Positions 54,945 to 63,846 of a DNA stretch of 64,000 bases are shown one piece after another. Source of the stretch: a virus. Every line of letters begins with the position of its first letter. The first letter of the stretch is position 1. Both the position numbers and the translations under genes were made by a program. Location of the stretch: IMG/VR virus record IMGVR_UViG_3300042508_000428; one strand, 5' to 3'. Below the pieces are notes generated by a model. That model searched no databases. It was not told where the DNA came from and saw nothing but the letters and a program-made list of their open reading frames with translations.

Positions 54945-55800
54945 GAATCATATTTATCAGTTTGACGAGGTGGTGGTTGGTTTAACAACCACTTCTCTTT
55001 TGTATTCTTACATCTTTAATCTTCCTATTGTCTATAAACATAAAACCACCCCAAGATTCTTTGAGTTTATCGACAACTCTGTTAATCTTACCAAAACTGG
55101 TTTGCTGAAAGAGAACAAACAACTTAACTTTCCAAAAGGAAAACTTGTTAAGTCCTACTCGAAGAAGAGAGTTATGGATCATTTATATATGATTCAGTCT
55201 CTATGCGGAAACATACCGATCAAAGATGTAGCAGATTTAAGAGTCGATGAAGAAGAAAAGATCTTAAAGATTACCACAAAGAATCAACGACTATTCCGTT
55301 ACAAATTTAATAAACTAAGAGTGTTCGATACAAGAGGGTTGGAGTTCTTACAACCAATCGGGGAATCAATAGAGAAGCATTATGTATTAGACGAGTTCAA
55401 GATTAAAATGAAGAACGATAAGTTTTATCATGTAATCCAAAGAGGCGGGGACTTTCCGAGAAACATTTATATTTCTTCCGATAAGAAACGATTAATGTCT
55501 CACTCTTTATTAACTCCCGGAGAAATGGCTTTACCAGACTTCTCTTCTTTCTTTATTCAGAAATCAACAGAGAGAGAATTAGAGAATCATGGAATCAAAG
55601 CAAAGTTGGAATGGGTTAAGAGACACTACGAGGATAAAGATAAAGACACCTACGAAGAGAAAGATTGGTTGATCATAGACCAGAGGGACGAAGAAGAAGT
55701 ATGGAAGGATCGCAAAATAAATACATATCACACATGGTTGGGATCGTTCCGATCCAGAATGGTCCAACGAATGATGGACTCCCTTGGCCAAAATGTTTAA
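54931..55800 (+). CDS. Hypothetical protein, degenerate Rossmann-like N-terminus
   Basis: FDEVVVGLTTTSLLYSY resembles a decayed dinucleotide-binding motif; weak. Confidence 0.5.
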   Translation: MESLKNHIYQFDEVVVGLTTTSLLYSYIFNLPIVYKHKTTPRFFEFIDNSVNLTKTGLLKENKQLNFPKGKLVKSYSKKRVMDHLYMIQSLCGNIPIKDVADLRVDEEEKILKITTKNQRLFRYKFNKLRVFDTRGLEFLQPIGESIEKHYVLDEFKIKMKNDKFYHVIQRGGDFPRNIYISSDKKRLMSHSLLTPGEMALPDFSSFFIQKSTERELENHGIKAKLEWVKRHYEDKDKDTYEEKDWLIIDQRDEEEVWKDRKINTYHTWLGSFRSRMVQRMMDSLGQNV

Positions 55801-56621
55801 CACCATTATACAACAACTATACTGCCCTTCATCGTAGTGTTCTTGAGTGCGCAATGGCGGGTTGTTCTTCTATCTGGGTAATAACTGAAAAAAGATATAT
55901 ACCACTTATGAAAGCAGTTGTTGGTTGTTATGTTGAAGATCCAATTCTTGCTCAATTACCTGTAGAGTTCAAAGATAATTTCTCAATGAGGATTCCAATA
56001 TGGTATACTTCGTTACCAGTCAGAGATTTAAAGCGAAGAGAATGTTATGGAAGAACAATCTTAGCGGGAGCAGAGTATGCAACAAGAGTGGCAAATGGTT
56101 TAAGTGAAAACCTAAAACCAGGAAAGTTTTATGTTTCTTTCCCCGAGTCTGTCTATTCTCCCTGGGTTCTACAAAAAGATAGAAAGAAGATTAAGAGTTC
56201 AGATAAAAATTTCTTTATCACCCATGAAGGTAAATCAATAAAAGATGGATTGCCTCTTGGATTCACAATGTTTAAAGAAGATTTTGACAGATACAAACTC
56301 GATTTTAAATCGAGAGATCAAGGATCGTGGATGGGAGAGACACTCAAAGATCTTAGACGAAGACCAATAGAAGAGAGGAATTTGGCCTCTAAACTCACCC
56401 TTGACGAAATATTCAGGTCTGCTACACTAGAGGGGTCAGTCCTTAGAGAACTCATAGTTTATTCCAATATCTCAACTTGGGATGGATATGTTAAGTATCT
56501 TACAAAAGGACACTTCTACAAAATGCCAAAGAAAGTCAAGTATTTCAGGTATAATAAAATGAAAAACCTAGAAGAAAGACCAATACAAACAGGGGATTAT
56601 GAACACGATGACCAGAACTAA
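55701..56621 (+). CDS. Nucleotidyltransferase-like (NTP transferase fold) protein
   Basis: GIVPI...PWPKCLTPL...LHRSVLECAMAGCSSIWV follows the sugar-NTP-transferase N-terminal pattern; start uncertain (55701 or 55734). Confidence 0.45.
   Translation: MEGSQNKYISHMVGIVPIQNGPTNDGLPWPKCLTPLYNNYTALHRSVLECAMAGCSSIWVITEKRYIPLMKAVVGCYVEDPILAQLPVEFKDNFSMRIPIWYTSLPVRDLKRRECYGRTILAGAEYATRVANGLSENLKPGKFYVSFPESVYSPWVLQKDRKKIKSSDKNFFITHEGKSIKDGLPLGFTMFKEDFDRYKLDFKSRDQGSWMGETLKDLRRRPIEERNLASKLTLDEIFRSATLEGSVLRELIVYSNISTWDGYVKYLTKGHFYKMPKKVKYFRYNKMKNLEERPIQTGDYEHDDQN
56401..56428 (+). promoter_or_regulatory. Possible intragenic sigma70 promoter TTGACG-16-TACACT
   Basis: Upstream of 56599 and dnaE; short spacer. 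Confidence 0.35.
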
Positions 56622-56901
56622 AGATGAAATGTATGCAATAGCGAAAGAAACTTATAGTCATTTATCGTCAGGAGATCTACAAGAACTAGACCTACCTGAT
56701 GTATTTGATTTGCTCTCCACTCGCCAGAAAGAGTTGTTTATGAACTTCTTCTCTTTGGCGGAGCAGAGTTTCAGAGAAGAACTAGATCCGAAACTAGAGT
56801 CTGAATTTATCAACGAAGTAGAAAGAGAATTAGGATTTACCGGCGGAGAAACGGTAGAAGATATTATTCACCGTATGAATGTAAAGATTTGTAAGTTTTA
56901 A
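56599..56901 (+). CDS. Hypothetical protein
   Basis: Clean ORF between NTase-like gene and dnaE. Confidence 0.55.
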   Translation: MNTMTRTKDEMYAIAKETYSHLSSGDLQELDLPDVFDLLSTRQKELFMNFFSLAEQSFREELDPKLESEFINEVERELGFTGGETVEDIIHRMNVKICKF

Positions 56902-56909
56902 GGAGTTTT

Positions 56910-59900
56910 ATGGGAATCAAGTTTGTAAATTTACACGGCCATAGTTGTTTCAGTGTGTTCGATGGACTTGGTTTCCCGAATGAACACATTGATTTTGCTT
57001 ATGGTAATGGAGCAGATGCTCTTGCGTTGACCGATCACGGCAACATGAATGGTTTGTCTTATCAAGTTCTTCACACGAAGAAGATGAAGGCAGAAGGAAA
57101 GAACTTTAAACCAATCTTTGGTGTCGAGTCATACTTCATTCCATCCATTCCAGAATGGAAAGAGGCATACGATAAATACAAAGAAGAAAAGAAGTCAAAG
57201 AAAAACGACGATGAAGAATCCGGAATTGTCGTAGAAGATGAAGAAGAATCAAAGAAGGATGAAAAGAGTTTCATTAACTTTCGTGCTCACTTGGTTCTTC
57301 TTGCTCAAAACCAGAAAGGTCTATCAAATATTTTTCAGTTGGTTTCCAAGTCTTACAATCCAGGAAACTTTTATCGGTTTCCTCGTCTAGATTATGAAAT
57401 GCTTAAGCAACACAGCGAGGGTGTTATTGCCCTGACTGCTTGCATGGGCGGTCCTTTGTCTAAATGCTTCTGGCAACACAAAGACGAAGGCGAAGAAAAG
57501 GTTCTGGAAGAAATGACCAAAGTTGTCAAGAACTTCAAGGCAATTCTTGGTGATCGTTTCTATTGTGAACTACAGTGGAATGCTTATCATGAGCAACATG
57601 AGATTAACAAATTGGTAATCAAGGTTGCCAAAGAAAACGGTGTTAAACTTGTTTCCACTTGCGACTCTCACTATCCTCGTCCTGATCTGTGGAAAGAGCG
57701 AGAAATCTACAAGATGCTTGGATGGTTGGGTTCAAAGAATATGTCTTTGGATTCTCTTCCATCAAAGCGTGAAGAACTGATGTCTGAACTCTATCCTAAG
57801 AATGGACAGCAGATGTGGGACGCTTATAAAAAGTATTCCACTCAGACATTTAACGAGTATGATGACGATCTTGTTCGCGAGTCGTTCGAGAATACTTGGA
57901 AGATTGCTCACGAACAGATTGAGGAGTTTCTACCGGATACAACGGTTCGTCTACCTTCTTTCGTTGTTCCAGAGGGTAAGACAGACGTTCAGGCTTTGAT
58001 TGAATTATGTTCCTCCTCTATGAGAAAGAAAGGCTTGGACAAAAACCGCGAATACATCGAAAGACTTAAAGAAGAACTCACTGTTATTAAAGACCGTGGT
58101 TTCTGTAAGTATTTCTTGACGATGAAAGCGATCGCTGATAAAGCCGTTGAGAATCAACTTGTTGGTGCTGGTCGTGGTTCGGCGGCGGGTTCTCTTGTAT
58201 CTTATCTTCTGAATATTACTCAGATTGACCCAATCAAGTATGGTCTTCTGTTTAGTCGCTTCCTGCAAAAGAATGCCAAGGATTACCCAGATATTGACTA
58301 TGACACAAGCGATCCAATGACGCTGAAACAAATGTTGATTGAAGAGTGGGGTCAAGATTCGGTTGTTCCAATCTCAAATTGGAATACTCTACAACTTCGT
58401 TCTCTAATTAAAGATGTTGGCAAGCTTTATGGTATTCCATTCACGGAGGTAAATGATACAACTTCTGTCATGGTTAAGGAAGCAACTGCTCCTGCCAAAG
58501 AAAGACATGGTATTACTGCTGGTGTTTACACTCCAACATTTGAAGAGTGTTTGGAGTTCTCAACAACCTTACAGAAATTTCTTGCCAAATATCCAGAGGT
58601 CGGCAAGCATATTAAAGCATTACAAGGTCAAGTAAGATCCGCATCAAGACATGCGGGTGGAGTTATTGTATCGGAGAACATTTCACACTTCATGCCACTA
58701 ATTAATAGTGGTGGAGTAACTCAAACACCTTGGAGCGAGGGACAGAATGTTAGACACTTGGAACCTCTTGGGTTTATTAAGTTTGATATTCTTGGCCTCG
58801 CAACTCTTCGTATTATTGAGAATACGATCCGTAGAGTCCTCATTAAACAAGGTAATGCAAACCCCACCTTCAAAGACATCAAAACCTTCTACGAACAGAA
58901 TCTCCACCCGTCAACAATAAACTTTGACGATCAAAAGGTCTATGAACATGTATTCCATGAAGGACGATGGGCGGCGATCTTTCAGTTCGCTGAGAAGGGC
59001 GCTCAAGAGTTTTGTAAACGTGCAAAGCCTCGTAGTATTATTGATCTTTCTGCTATTACTTCTATTTATCGCCCAGGTCCATTGTCGGCAAAAGTGGACG
59101 AAAATTATGTCACGGCTAAGGAAGATCCGAGTTCAATCAAATATCTACATCCAATCGTTAAGGAAATCACAGAAGAAACCGCAGGGTTCCTAATATTCCA
59201 AGAACAAATTGCTTTGATTGCTCACAAGTTGGGCAAAGATCTAACTTTGGATGAAGGTAACTTACTGCGTAAAGTCCTAACCAAGAAAGGCACAGGTAAA
59301 GGACACGAGGTTAAAGATGAGATTCACACAAAGTTTATTGAAGGCTGTCTCGAAAAAGGTATTCAACAAGAAGATGCTCAAAACCTTTGGCAGACATTTG
59401 AGTTCTTTTCCGGTTACGGTTTTAATAAGTCTCACGCCGTTTGCTATAGCATTCTTTCTTATCAGTGTGCATGGCTTCTTACTTATTATTCAAATGAGTG
59501 GATTGCTTCATACCTAGACGACGAAAAGGATGATGGTAAATCAAAAGCAATCTCAATCGTTAAGTCGCTTGGATATGAAGTTGAACCACCAAATGTAAAT
59601 AACTCTGGCGATCAATGGGAATGCTCAAGCAATGGCAAAACTTTCTATCAACCTTTGAGTTCAATCAAAGGTCTTGGTGAGAAAGCGATTGAACAGGTAA
59701 TTAATAATCGCCCATTTAAAACAATTGATGACTTACTTTTTAACGATAAAATTGCTTACACCAAACTCAACAAAAAAGGTTTGGATGCTCTTGCTAGATG
59801 TGGAGCGCTAGATGATCTAATGGATAATCGCTTCACTGGTCGTAAACATTTCTGGATGTCTTTCTGCGATGAACGACCAAAAACAAAGAAGAAGTTTGAT

Positions 59901-60314
59901 GCTTATATTGAGCAGTTCAAAGGAGAGGGTGACTTCTCAAGAAATGAAGTGATCAACAATTGTGTTGAACTTCTCGGATTCTTTCCAGTGACGATGGTTA
60001 TGAGTCCTCAGTTATACAAAAGATTAGAGGACAGCAATGTTCCATCTATCTCAAAGTATGATTCAGAACTACAAGTATGCTGGTTTGTTCCAATCTCGTT
60101 TGAAACAAAAAGATCTAAGAATGATAAAAACTATTATGTTGTAGATGTTGTTGATGACACCGGAAAGACAACTGAGGTTAAGTGCTGGTCTGTTGATACA
60201 GAGAAAGATGTGATTTATCTCAATCGTCCTTATGTTGCAAAACTTAATTACGATGAAAACTTTGGTGGATTTTCTTGCATAGGAATTTCTAAGAGTTGGA
60301 AGATGGTTGGATAG
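56910..60314 (+). CDS. dnaE: DNA polymerase III alpha subunit (family C)
   Basis: PHP motifs NLHGHS and LTDHG; GRGSAAGSLV; PDIDYD; SRHAGGV; KFDILGL; FNKSHA; C-terminal OB-like region. Confidence 0.97.
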   Translation: MGIKFVNLHGHSCFSVFDGLGFPNEHIDFAYGNGADALALTDHGNMNGLSYQVLHTKKMKAEGKNFKPIFGVESYFIPSIPEWKEAYDKYKEEKKSKKNDDEESGIVVEDEEESKKDEKSFINFRAHLVLLAQNQKGLSNIFQLVSKSYNPGNFYRFPRLDYEMLKQHSEGVIALTACMGGPLSKCFWQHKDEGEEKVLEEMTKVVKNFKAILGDRFYCELQWNAYHEQHEINKLVIKVAKENGVKLVSTCDSHYPRPDLWKEREIYKMLGWLGSKNMSLDSLPSKREELMSELYPKNGQQMWDAYKKYSTQTFNEYDDDLVRESFENTWKIAHEQIEEFLPDTTVRLPSFVVPEGKTDVQALIELCSSSMRKKGLDKNREYIERLKEELTVIKDRGFCKYFLTMKAIADKAVENQLVGAGRGSAAGSLVSYLLNITQIDPIKYGLLFSRFLQKNAKDYPDIDYDTSDPMTLKQMLIEEWGQDSVVPISNWNTLQLRSLIKDVGKLYGIPFTEVNDTTSVMVKEATAPAKERHGITAGVYTPTFEECLEFSTTLQKFLAKYPEVGKHIKALQGQVRSASRHAGGVIVSENISHFMPLINSGGVTQTPWSEGQNVRHLEPLGFIKFDILGLATLRIIENTIRRVLIKQGNANPTFKDIKTFYEQNLHPSTINFDDQKVYEHVFHEGRWAAIFQFAEKGAQEFCKRAKPRSIIDLSAITSIYRPGPLSAKVDENYVTAKEDPSSIKYLHPIVKEITEETAGFLIFQEQIALIAHKLGKDLTLDEGNLLRKVLTKKGTGKGHEVKDEIHTKFIEGCLEKGIQQEDAQNLWQTFEFFSGYGFNKSHAVCYSILSYQCAWLLTYYSNEWIASYLDDEKDDGKSKAISIVKSLGYEVEPPNVNNSGDQWECSSNGKTFYQPLSSIKGLGEKAIEQVINNRPFKTIDDLLFNDKIAYTKLNKKGLDALARCGALDDLMDNRFTGRKHFWMSFCDERPKTKKKFDAYIEQFKGEGDFSRNEVINNCVELLGFFPVTMVMSPQLYKRLEDSNVPSISKYDSELQVCWFVPISFETKRSKNDKNYYVVDVVDDTGKTTEVKCWSVDTEKDVIYLNRPYVAKLNYDENFGGFSCIGISKSWKMVG

Positions 60315-60332
60315 TATTTAAGAAATCTACAT

Positions 60333-60341
60333 ACTATTTAT
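60333..60341 (+). promoter_or_regulatory. Putative late promoter motif ACTATTTAT
   Basis: 38 nt before ATG 60371. Confidence 0.65.
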
Positions 60342-60370
60342 TAGTGAATCTTTTCGAGGAGAACTAATAC

Positions 60371-61186
60371 ATGGCAAGTGGACACAGAAAAAGAAAAGCA
60401 GCCGCATTAAGACTTGATGTTTTAAATCCAGCAGGATTAACAAATGTATCCGAAGCAGATCGTGGAAACACAACTAATCAAAATAATCTCATTAACATAG
60501 CAACTTACTCAAGGGATGGAGTTACCCCTACTTTTACAGCTGGTTCTACTACATTATTAAATAATGTTGTAGCAAATGCAGATGGTGCTTGGACAAAAGC
60601 AGGATTAACTGGCGAATCAACAAATACTGGGGTTTTCCTCGGAACATCGTTGAGTGGAGCGGTTGGTATAACAGCTACAACTAAACATTATTATTTTCCA
60701 GCTGTTGGAGGATTACAAACAAACTTATCTGGCGCAAACGGTGTATCGGCTCCAGTTATTGTTTATTCTAATGATGGTCCGCAAGCAGGTTATGTTCCTT
60801 ATTATTTAGGTGGTAGTACTGCAACTAGTTCAATTAAATTCGGTTCTCAAATCACCGGCGCTGGTTCTGCAACTCACGTTATTGTTTATGTTGGCGGAGA
60901 GTTAGAAGCGTCTGATAGAATTAGAATTATGAAGGCGTCTGATGGTTCGTTGTACGGAACAGTGCCATATATGATAGGTACAAACATTACAACTGGCTCA
61001 ACTAGTCCAACGATTGTATCTGGTTCAGAATTAAGCGGTTATTCATATAGAAAAGCCTTTTTCCTTACAAAAGCCTCAATAAATACCGCACAAGGATTTA
61101 TACTAGAATTCTCGTCCTCTGCCAGAACATCAACTACACCAGTTGCTGGCGTATTTGTGGCAATCTCTTCTGGCACTTATGCGTAA
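60371..61186 (+). CDS. Putative virion structural protein (T/G/S/A-rich)
   Basis: Late motif, AGGAG SD, composition like fibre or decoration proteins. Confidence 0.5.
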   Translation: MASGHRKRKAAALRLDVLNPAGLTNVSEADRGNTTNQNNLINIATYSRDGVTPTFTAGSTTLLNNVVANADGAWTKAGLTGESTNTGVFLGTSLSGAVGITATTKHYYFPAVGGLQTNLSGANGVSAPVIVYSNDGPQAGYVPYYLGGSTATSSIKFGSQITGAGSATHVIVYVGGELEASDRIRIMKASDGSLYGTVPYMIGTNITTGSTSPTIVSGSELSGYSYRKAFFLTKASINTAQGFILEFSSSARTSTTPVAGVFVAISSGTYA

Positions 61187-61190
61187 TTAG

Positions 61191-61219
61191 TTGACAAATT
61201 AGTTCTCTTATGATAACCT
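61191..61219 (+). promoter_or_regulatory. sigma70 promoter TTGACA-17-TAACCT
   Basis: Precedes dUTPase operon. Confidence 0.55.
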
Positions 61220-61248
61220 CCATAGACAACTATGGAGGTTATTCATTT

Positions 61249-61707
61249 ATGGACAAGATTTATGTTAAGAAACTAAAACCAGAAGCAATCTTACCAACAA
61301 GAGCAAACCCTTCTGATGCTGGAGCAGATGTTTATTTTTGCAGTCACGAACCGCTGACGATCGCTCCTGGAGAGTCTGTATTGCTTGGGACTGGTCTACA
61401 AGTCGCAACACCAATTGGTTATGTATGTGAAGTTAAAAACAGGTCTGGTATGGCATACAAGAAAAGTTTGGTTGTTGGTTCGTGCGTAATTGACTCTGGA
61501 TATTCTGGAGAAGTTAAAATCAATCTTCACAATATCGGAAGAGAAGTAAGAACAATTGATCCTTTTGAGAAAATTGCCCAACTTATTTTTTATCAAGTCA
61601 ATCTACCAACATTTGAATGTTTACCAAGCGAAGTAGATCTTTATCTTCATACCCCAACTGTATCCAGTAGAGGTGAATGTGGGTTTGGATCAACAGGAAA
61701 TAAATAA
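61249..61707 (+). CDS. dut: Trimeric dUTPase
   Basis: SDAGAD, NRSGMA, VIDSGYSGE, KIAQL, RGECGFGSTG; start re-assigned to 61249. Confidence 0.95.
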   Translation: MDKIYVKKLKPEAILPTRANPSDAGADVYFCSHEPLTIAPGESVLLGTGLQVATPIGYVCEVKNRSGMAYKKSLVVGSCVIDSGYSGEVKINLHNIGREVRTIDPFEKIAQLIFYQVNLPTFECLPSEVDLYLHTPTVSSRGECGFGSTGNK

Positions 61708-61976
61708 TGAGCAACGCAACAAGGAAAATACAAAGACAAAAAGCAGTTGAAGCAAAGAAAGAGGTGGAAAAAGAACTTACCAGCAAGATTGGTATGTTTG
61801 GAAGACTGCCTGATGAATGTTCTGCCTGCCAAAAACCTTTTGATAAAAAGTCAAAAGAGATGGCGCAGACTTGGGTGGTGGTAGTTCGCAGTGAACAGAA
61901 ACTAGTTAGGTTGTTCTGTCCTGAATGTATAGACAAAGTAAAGGAGTTTTTACCAGATGAAAACGAAGAAACTTGA
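61707..61976 (+). CDS. Small zinc-finger protein
   Basis: CSAC and CPEC pairs. Confidence 0.65.
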   Translation: MSNATRKIQRQKAVEAKKEVEKELTSKIGMFGRLPDECSACQKPFDKKSKEMAQTWVVVVRSEQKLVRLFCPECIDKVKEFLPDENEET

Positions 61977-62286
61977 TCTGCTTAGATTTAAAAGCAAAGT
62001 TGATAAAAACATTCCATTTATTGTAAAGTTCAAGAGCGATGGTTGTCCAATCTGTGTTGATCTTGAACCAGATTTCCAAGCAGTTGCTCAATCATTCCCA
62101 CAGTTAGGCTTCTACGACGTAGATATAAACGAAGAGGAAGACCTAGCAGATCTTTTTATTGAAGACGGAGTTCCGACACTTTATTACATTAAAGGAAAAC
62201 ACTTCAAAGAATTACCATATCCTCAAAATGGATTTGACAAAGATTCTCTAACCTCAGTTATCAAAGATATTTTAAATGGAAAATAA
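61957..62286 (+). CDS. Thioredoxin-like protein
   Basis: VKF...GCPIC active-site-like CxxC, GVPTL. Confidence 0.8.
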   Translation: MKTKKLDLLRFKSKVDKNIPFIVKFKSDGCPICVDLEPDFQAVAQSFPQLGFYDVDINEEEDLADLFIEDGVPTLYYIKGKHFKELPYPQNGFDKDSLTSVIKDILNGK

Positions 62287-62614
62287 AAAACTATCAGAAA
62301 ATTACCAGAAAAGAATTGTTGTTAATCTCTCTGAATATGAATACGGAGAGTTTATGGCAAATCTTAAATATGAAAACGTTAATCATCCCGCTAAATTAGT
62401 TCGCTTCTTCATAGAACTTTATTTAGCGGGAGACAAAGACGTTAGAAGTATTGTAGAAAGTTATAAACAAAAAAATAAAATTGCTGGTAGAGCAAAAAAA
62501 GATTATATTATTAAACAAGAGACGCTTGCCAAGAATACCGAAAAGTTATATAATCTAAGTGAAGATGACATAGATGATATTTATGATCTGCTTGACGAAG
62601 ACTTTCCAGACTGA
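62276..62614 (+). CDS. Hypothetical protein (possible ribbon-helix-helix-like regulator)
   Basis: RIVVNLSEYEY...LVRFFIELY pattern; weak. Confidence 0.45.
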   Translation: MENKKLSENYQKRIVVNLSEYEYGEFMANLKYENVNHPAKLVRFFIELYLAGDKDVRSIVESYKQKNKIAGRAKKDYIIKQETLAKNTEKLYNLSEDDIDDIYDLLDEDFPD

Positions 62615-62620
62615 GGTATA

Positions 62621-62863
62621 ATGAATTGCGACGAAATCTGTGAGAAAACAAATACTCCCTGTGATATATCTGATTGTAGAAACTATATAGATTATAAAGA
62701 TGATCTAAATTGTGTATTGGTTTGTACAAGAAAAAACGGACCTTTAACTCTTGAAGAAGTTTCTAAACGACTCGGAGTATCTTATGTTCGCATAAAGCAG
62801 ATTGAAGAAAAGGCAATGTCAAAGATAAAATCAAATGTGCGAAATTGTGATGAGGTCATTTAG
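62621..62863 (+). CDS. Stand-alone sigma70 region-4 HTH protein with Cys-rich N-terminus
   Basis: LTLEEVSKRLGVSYVRIKQIEEKAMSKI; six N-terminal Cys. Confidence 0.8.
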   Translation: MNCDEICEKTNTPCDISDCRNYIDYKDDLNCVLVCTRKNGPLTLEEVSKRLGVSYVRIKQIEEKAMSKIKSNVRNCDEVI

Positions 62864-62873
62864 TTTTTTCGAT

Positions 62874-62882
62874 ACTATTTAT
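62874..62882 (+). promoter_or_regulatory. Putative late promoter motif ACTATTTAT
   Basis: 34 nt before ATG 62908, AGGAG SD. Confidence 0.65.
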
Positions 62883-62907
62883 TATGATTTCTTAAGGAGA
62901 AACTATA

Positions 62908-63846
62908 ATGGCGAAACGTAAAGATTTACTTTTAACAGAATCAACAACAATGAGAATGATGGGACTTGCTGGTATTGGTTCCCTAGCAAATCCGTTTTTG
63001 AGAGAAGGCGCGAATGTAGATACAGCAGAGGATCCAAATAGTGTTGACTTTGATATGGACGACATGGGTGACATGGATGACATGGGCGATGTTGACATGA
63101 TGGAAGAAGGTGAAGAGCTAGATGAAATGTATGGCGAAGAAGACTCAATGATGGAAGAATCATACGAAGAAGAGATGGAAGAAAATCTCTATGAAGGCGA
63201 AGAAGACCTAGAAGAAGCAAAGAAAAAACCACATGGCGATGGTGATGATAGTGATGATTATGAAGAAGACGAAGATCTAGAAGAAGCAAAGAAAAAAGAA
63301 AAATGCCCACACTGCCATAAAATCCACGAAGGAGATTGTGGGGCGATGAAGGAAAGTATTCGTAGAAGCATGAGTAGATTAAAGAGACTTCTAGAACAAG
63401 CAGAAACCGATGCGCCACCACCACCAGCAGCAGAACCACCACCAGCAATGGAAGGTGGAGATCAAATGGAAGCAAAGATTAAAGAGTTCGTAAAGAAACT
63501 TGGTGAATTAGTACAAGAAACACTAGGCGTGGAAGTTAAGGTTGAGGAAGAAGGTGAAGAAGAAATGGAGCCAGCAGAAGGCGGAGAGGGCGAAGAACCA
63601 GCAGGCGCATCACCTCCACCACCAGCCGCTCTACAAGAGGCAATTGACCGCCTAGTTAATAAAGTTGCTCTCAGAGTTAAGGCTCGTTTAATGGAAGCAA
63701 AGAAAGATCCAAAAGCTGCAGCAAAAGCTAAGAAAATGATGAAAGAAAAGCAAATGGCTGCAAAGAAAAAAGAGAAAGAAGAAGCTGCCAAGAAAAAAGA
63801 AATGATGATGAAGAAAAAGAAAGCAGCAATGGCTAAGAAGAAATAA
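62908..63846 (+). CDS. Putative prohead core/internal protein, acidic body with Lys/Met/Ala-rich tail
   Basis: LLLTE leader, repeated LDE/LYE/LEE/LLE/LQE/LME sites, RMMGLAGI motif resembling the scaffold end RMKRLAGL. Confidence 0.6.
   Translation: MAKRKDLLLTESTTMRMMGLAGIGSLANPFLREGANVDTAEDPNSVDFDMDDMGDMDDMGDVDMMEEGEELDEMYGEEDSMMEESYEEEMEENLYEGEEDLEEAKKKPHGDGDDSDDYEEDEDLEEAKKKEKCPHCHKIHEGDCGAMKESIRRSMSRLKRLLEQAETDAPPPPAAEPPPAMEGGDQMEAKIKEFVKKLGELVQETLGVEVKVEEEGEEEMEPAEGGEGEEPAGASPPPPAALQEAIDRLVNKVALRVKARLMEAKKDPKAAAKAKKMMKEKQMAAKKKEKEEAAKKKEMMMKKKKAAMAKKK

Noticed and set aside
1705-60314. Inteins, introns or homing endonucleases in terminase, helicase, RNR or DnaE
   Set aside because: Lengths are ordinary, conserved motifs are contiguous, and no splice-junction or LAGLIDADG/HNH/GIY-YIG motifs were noticed
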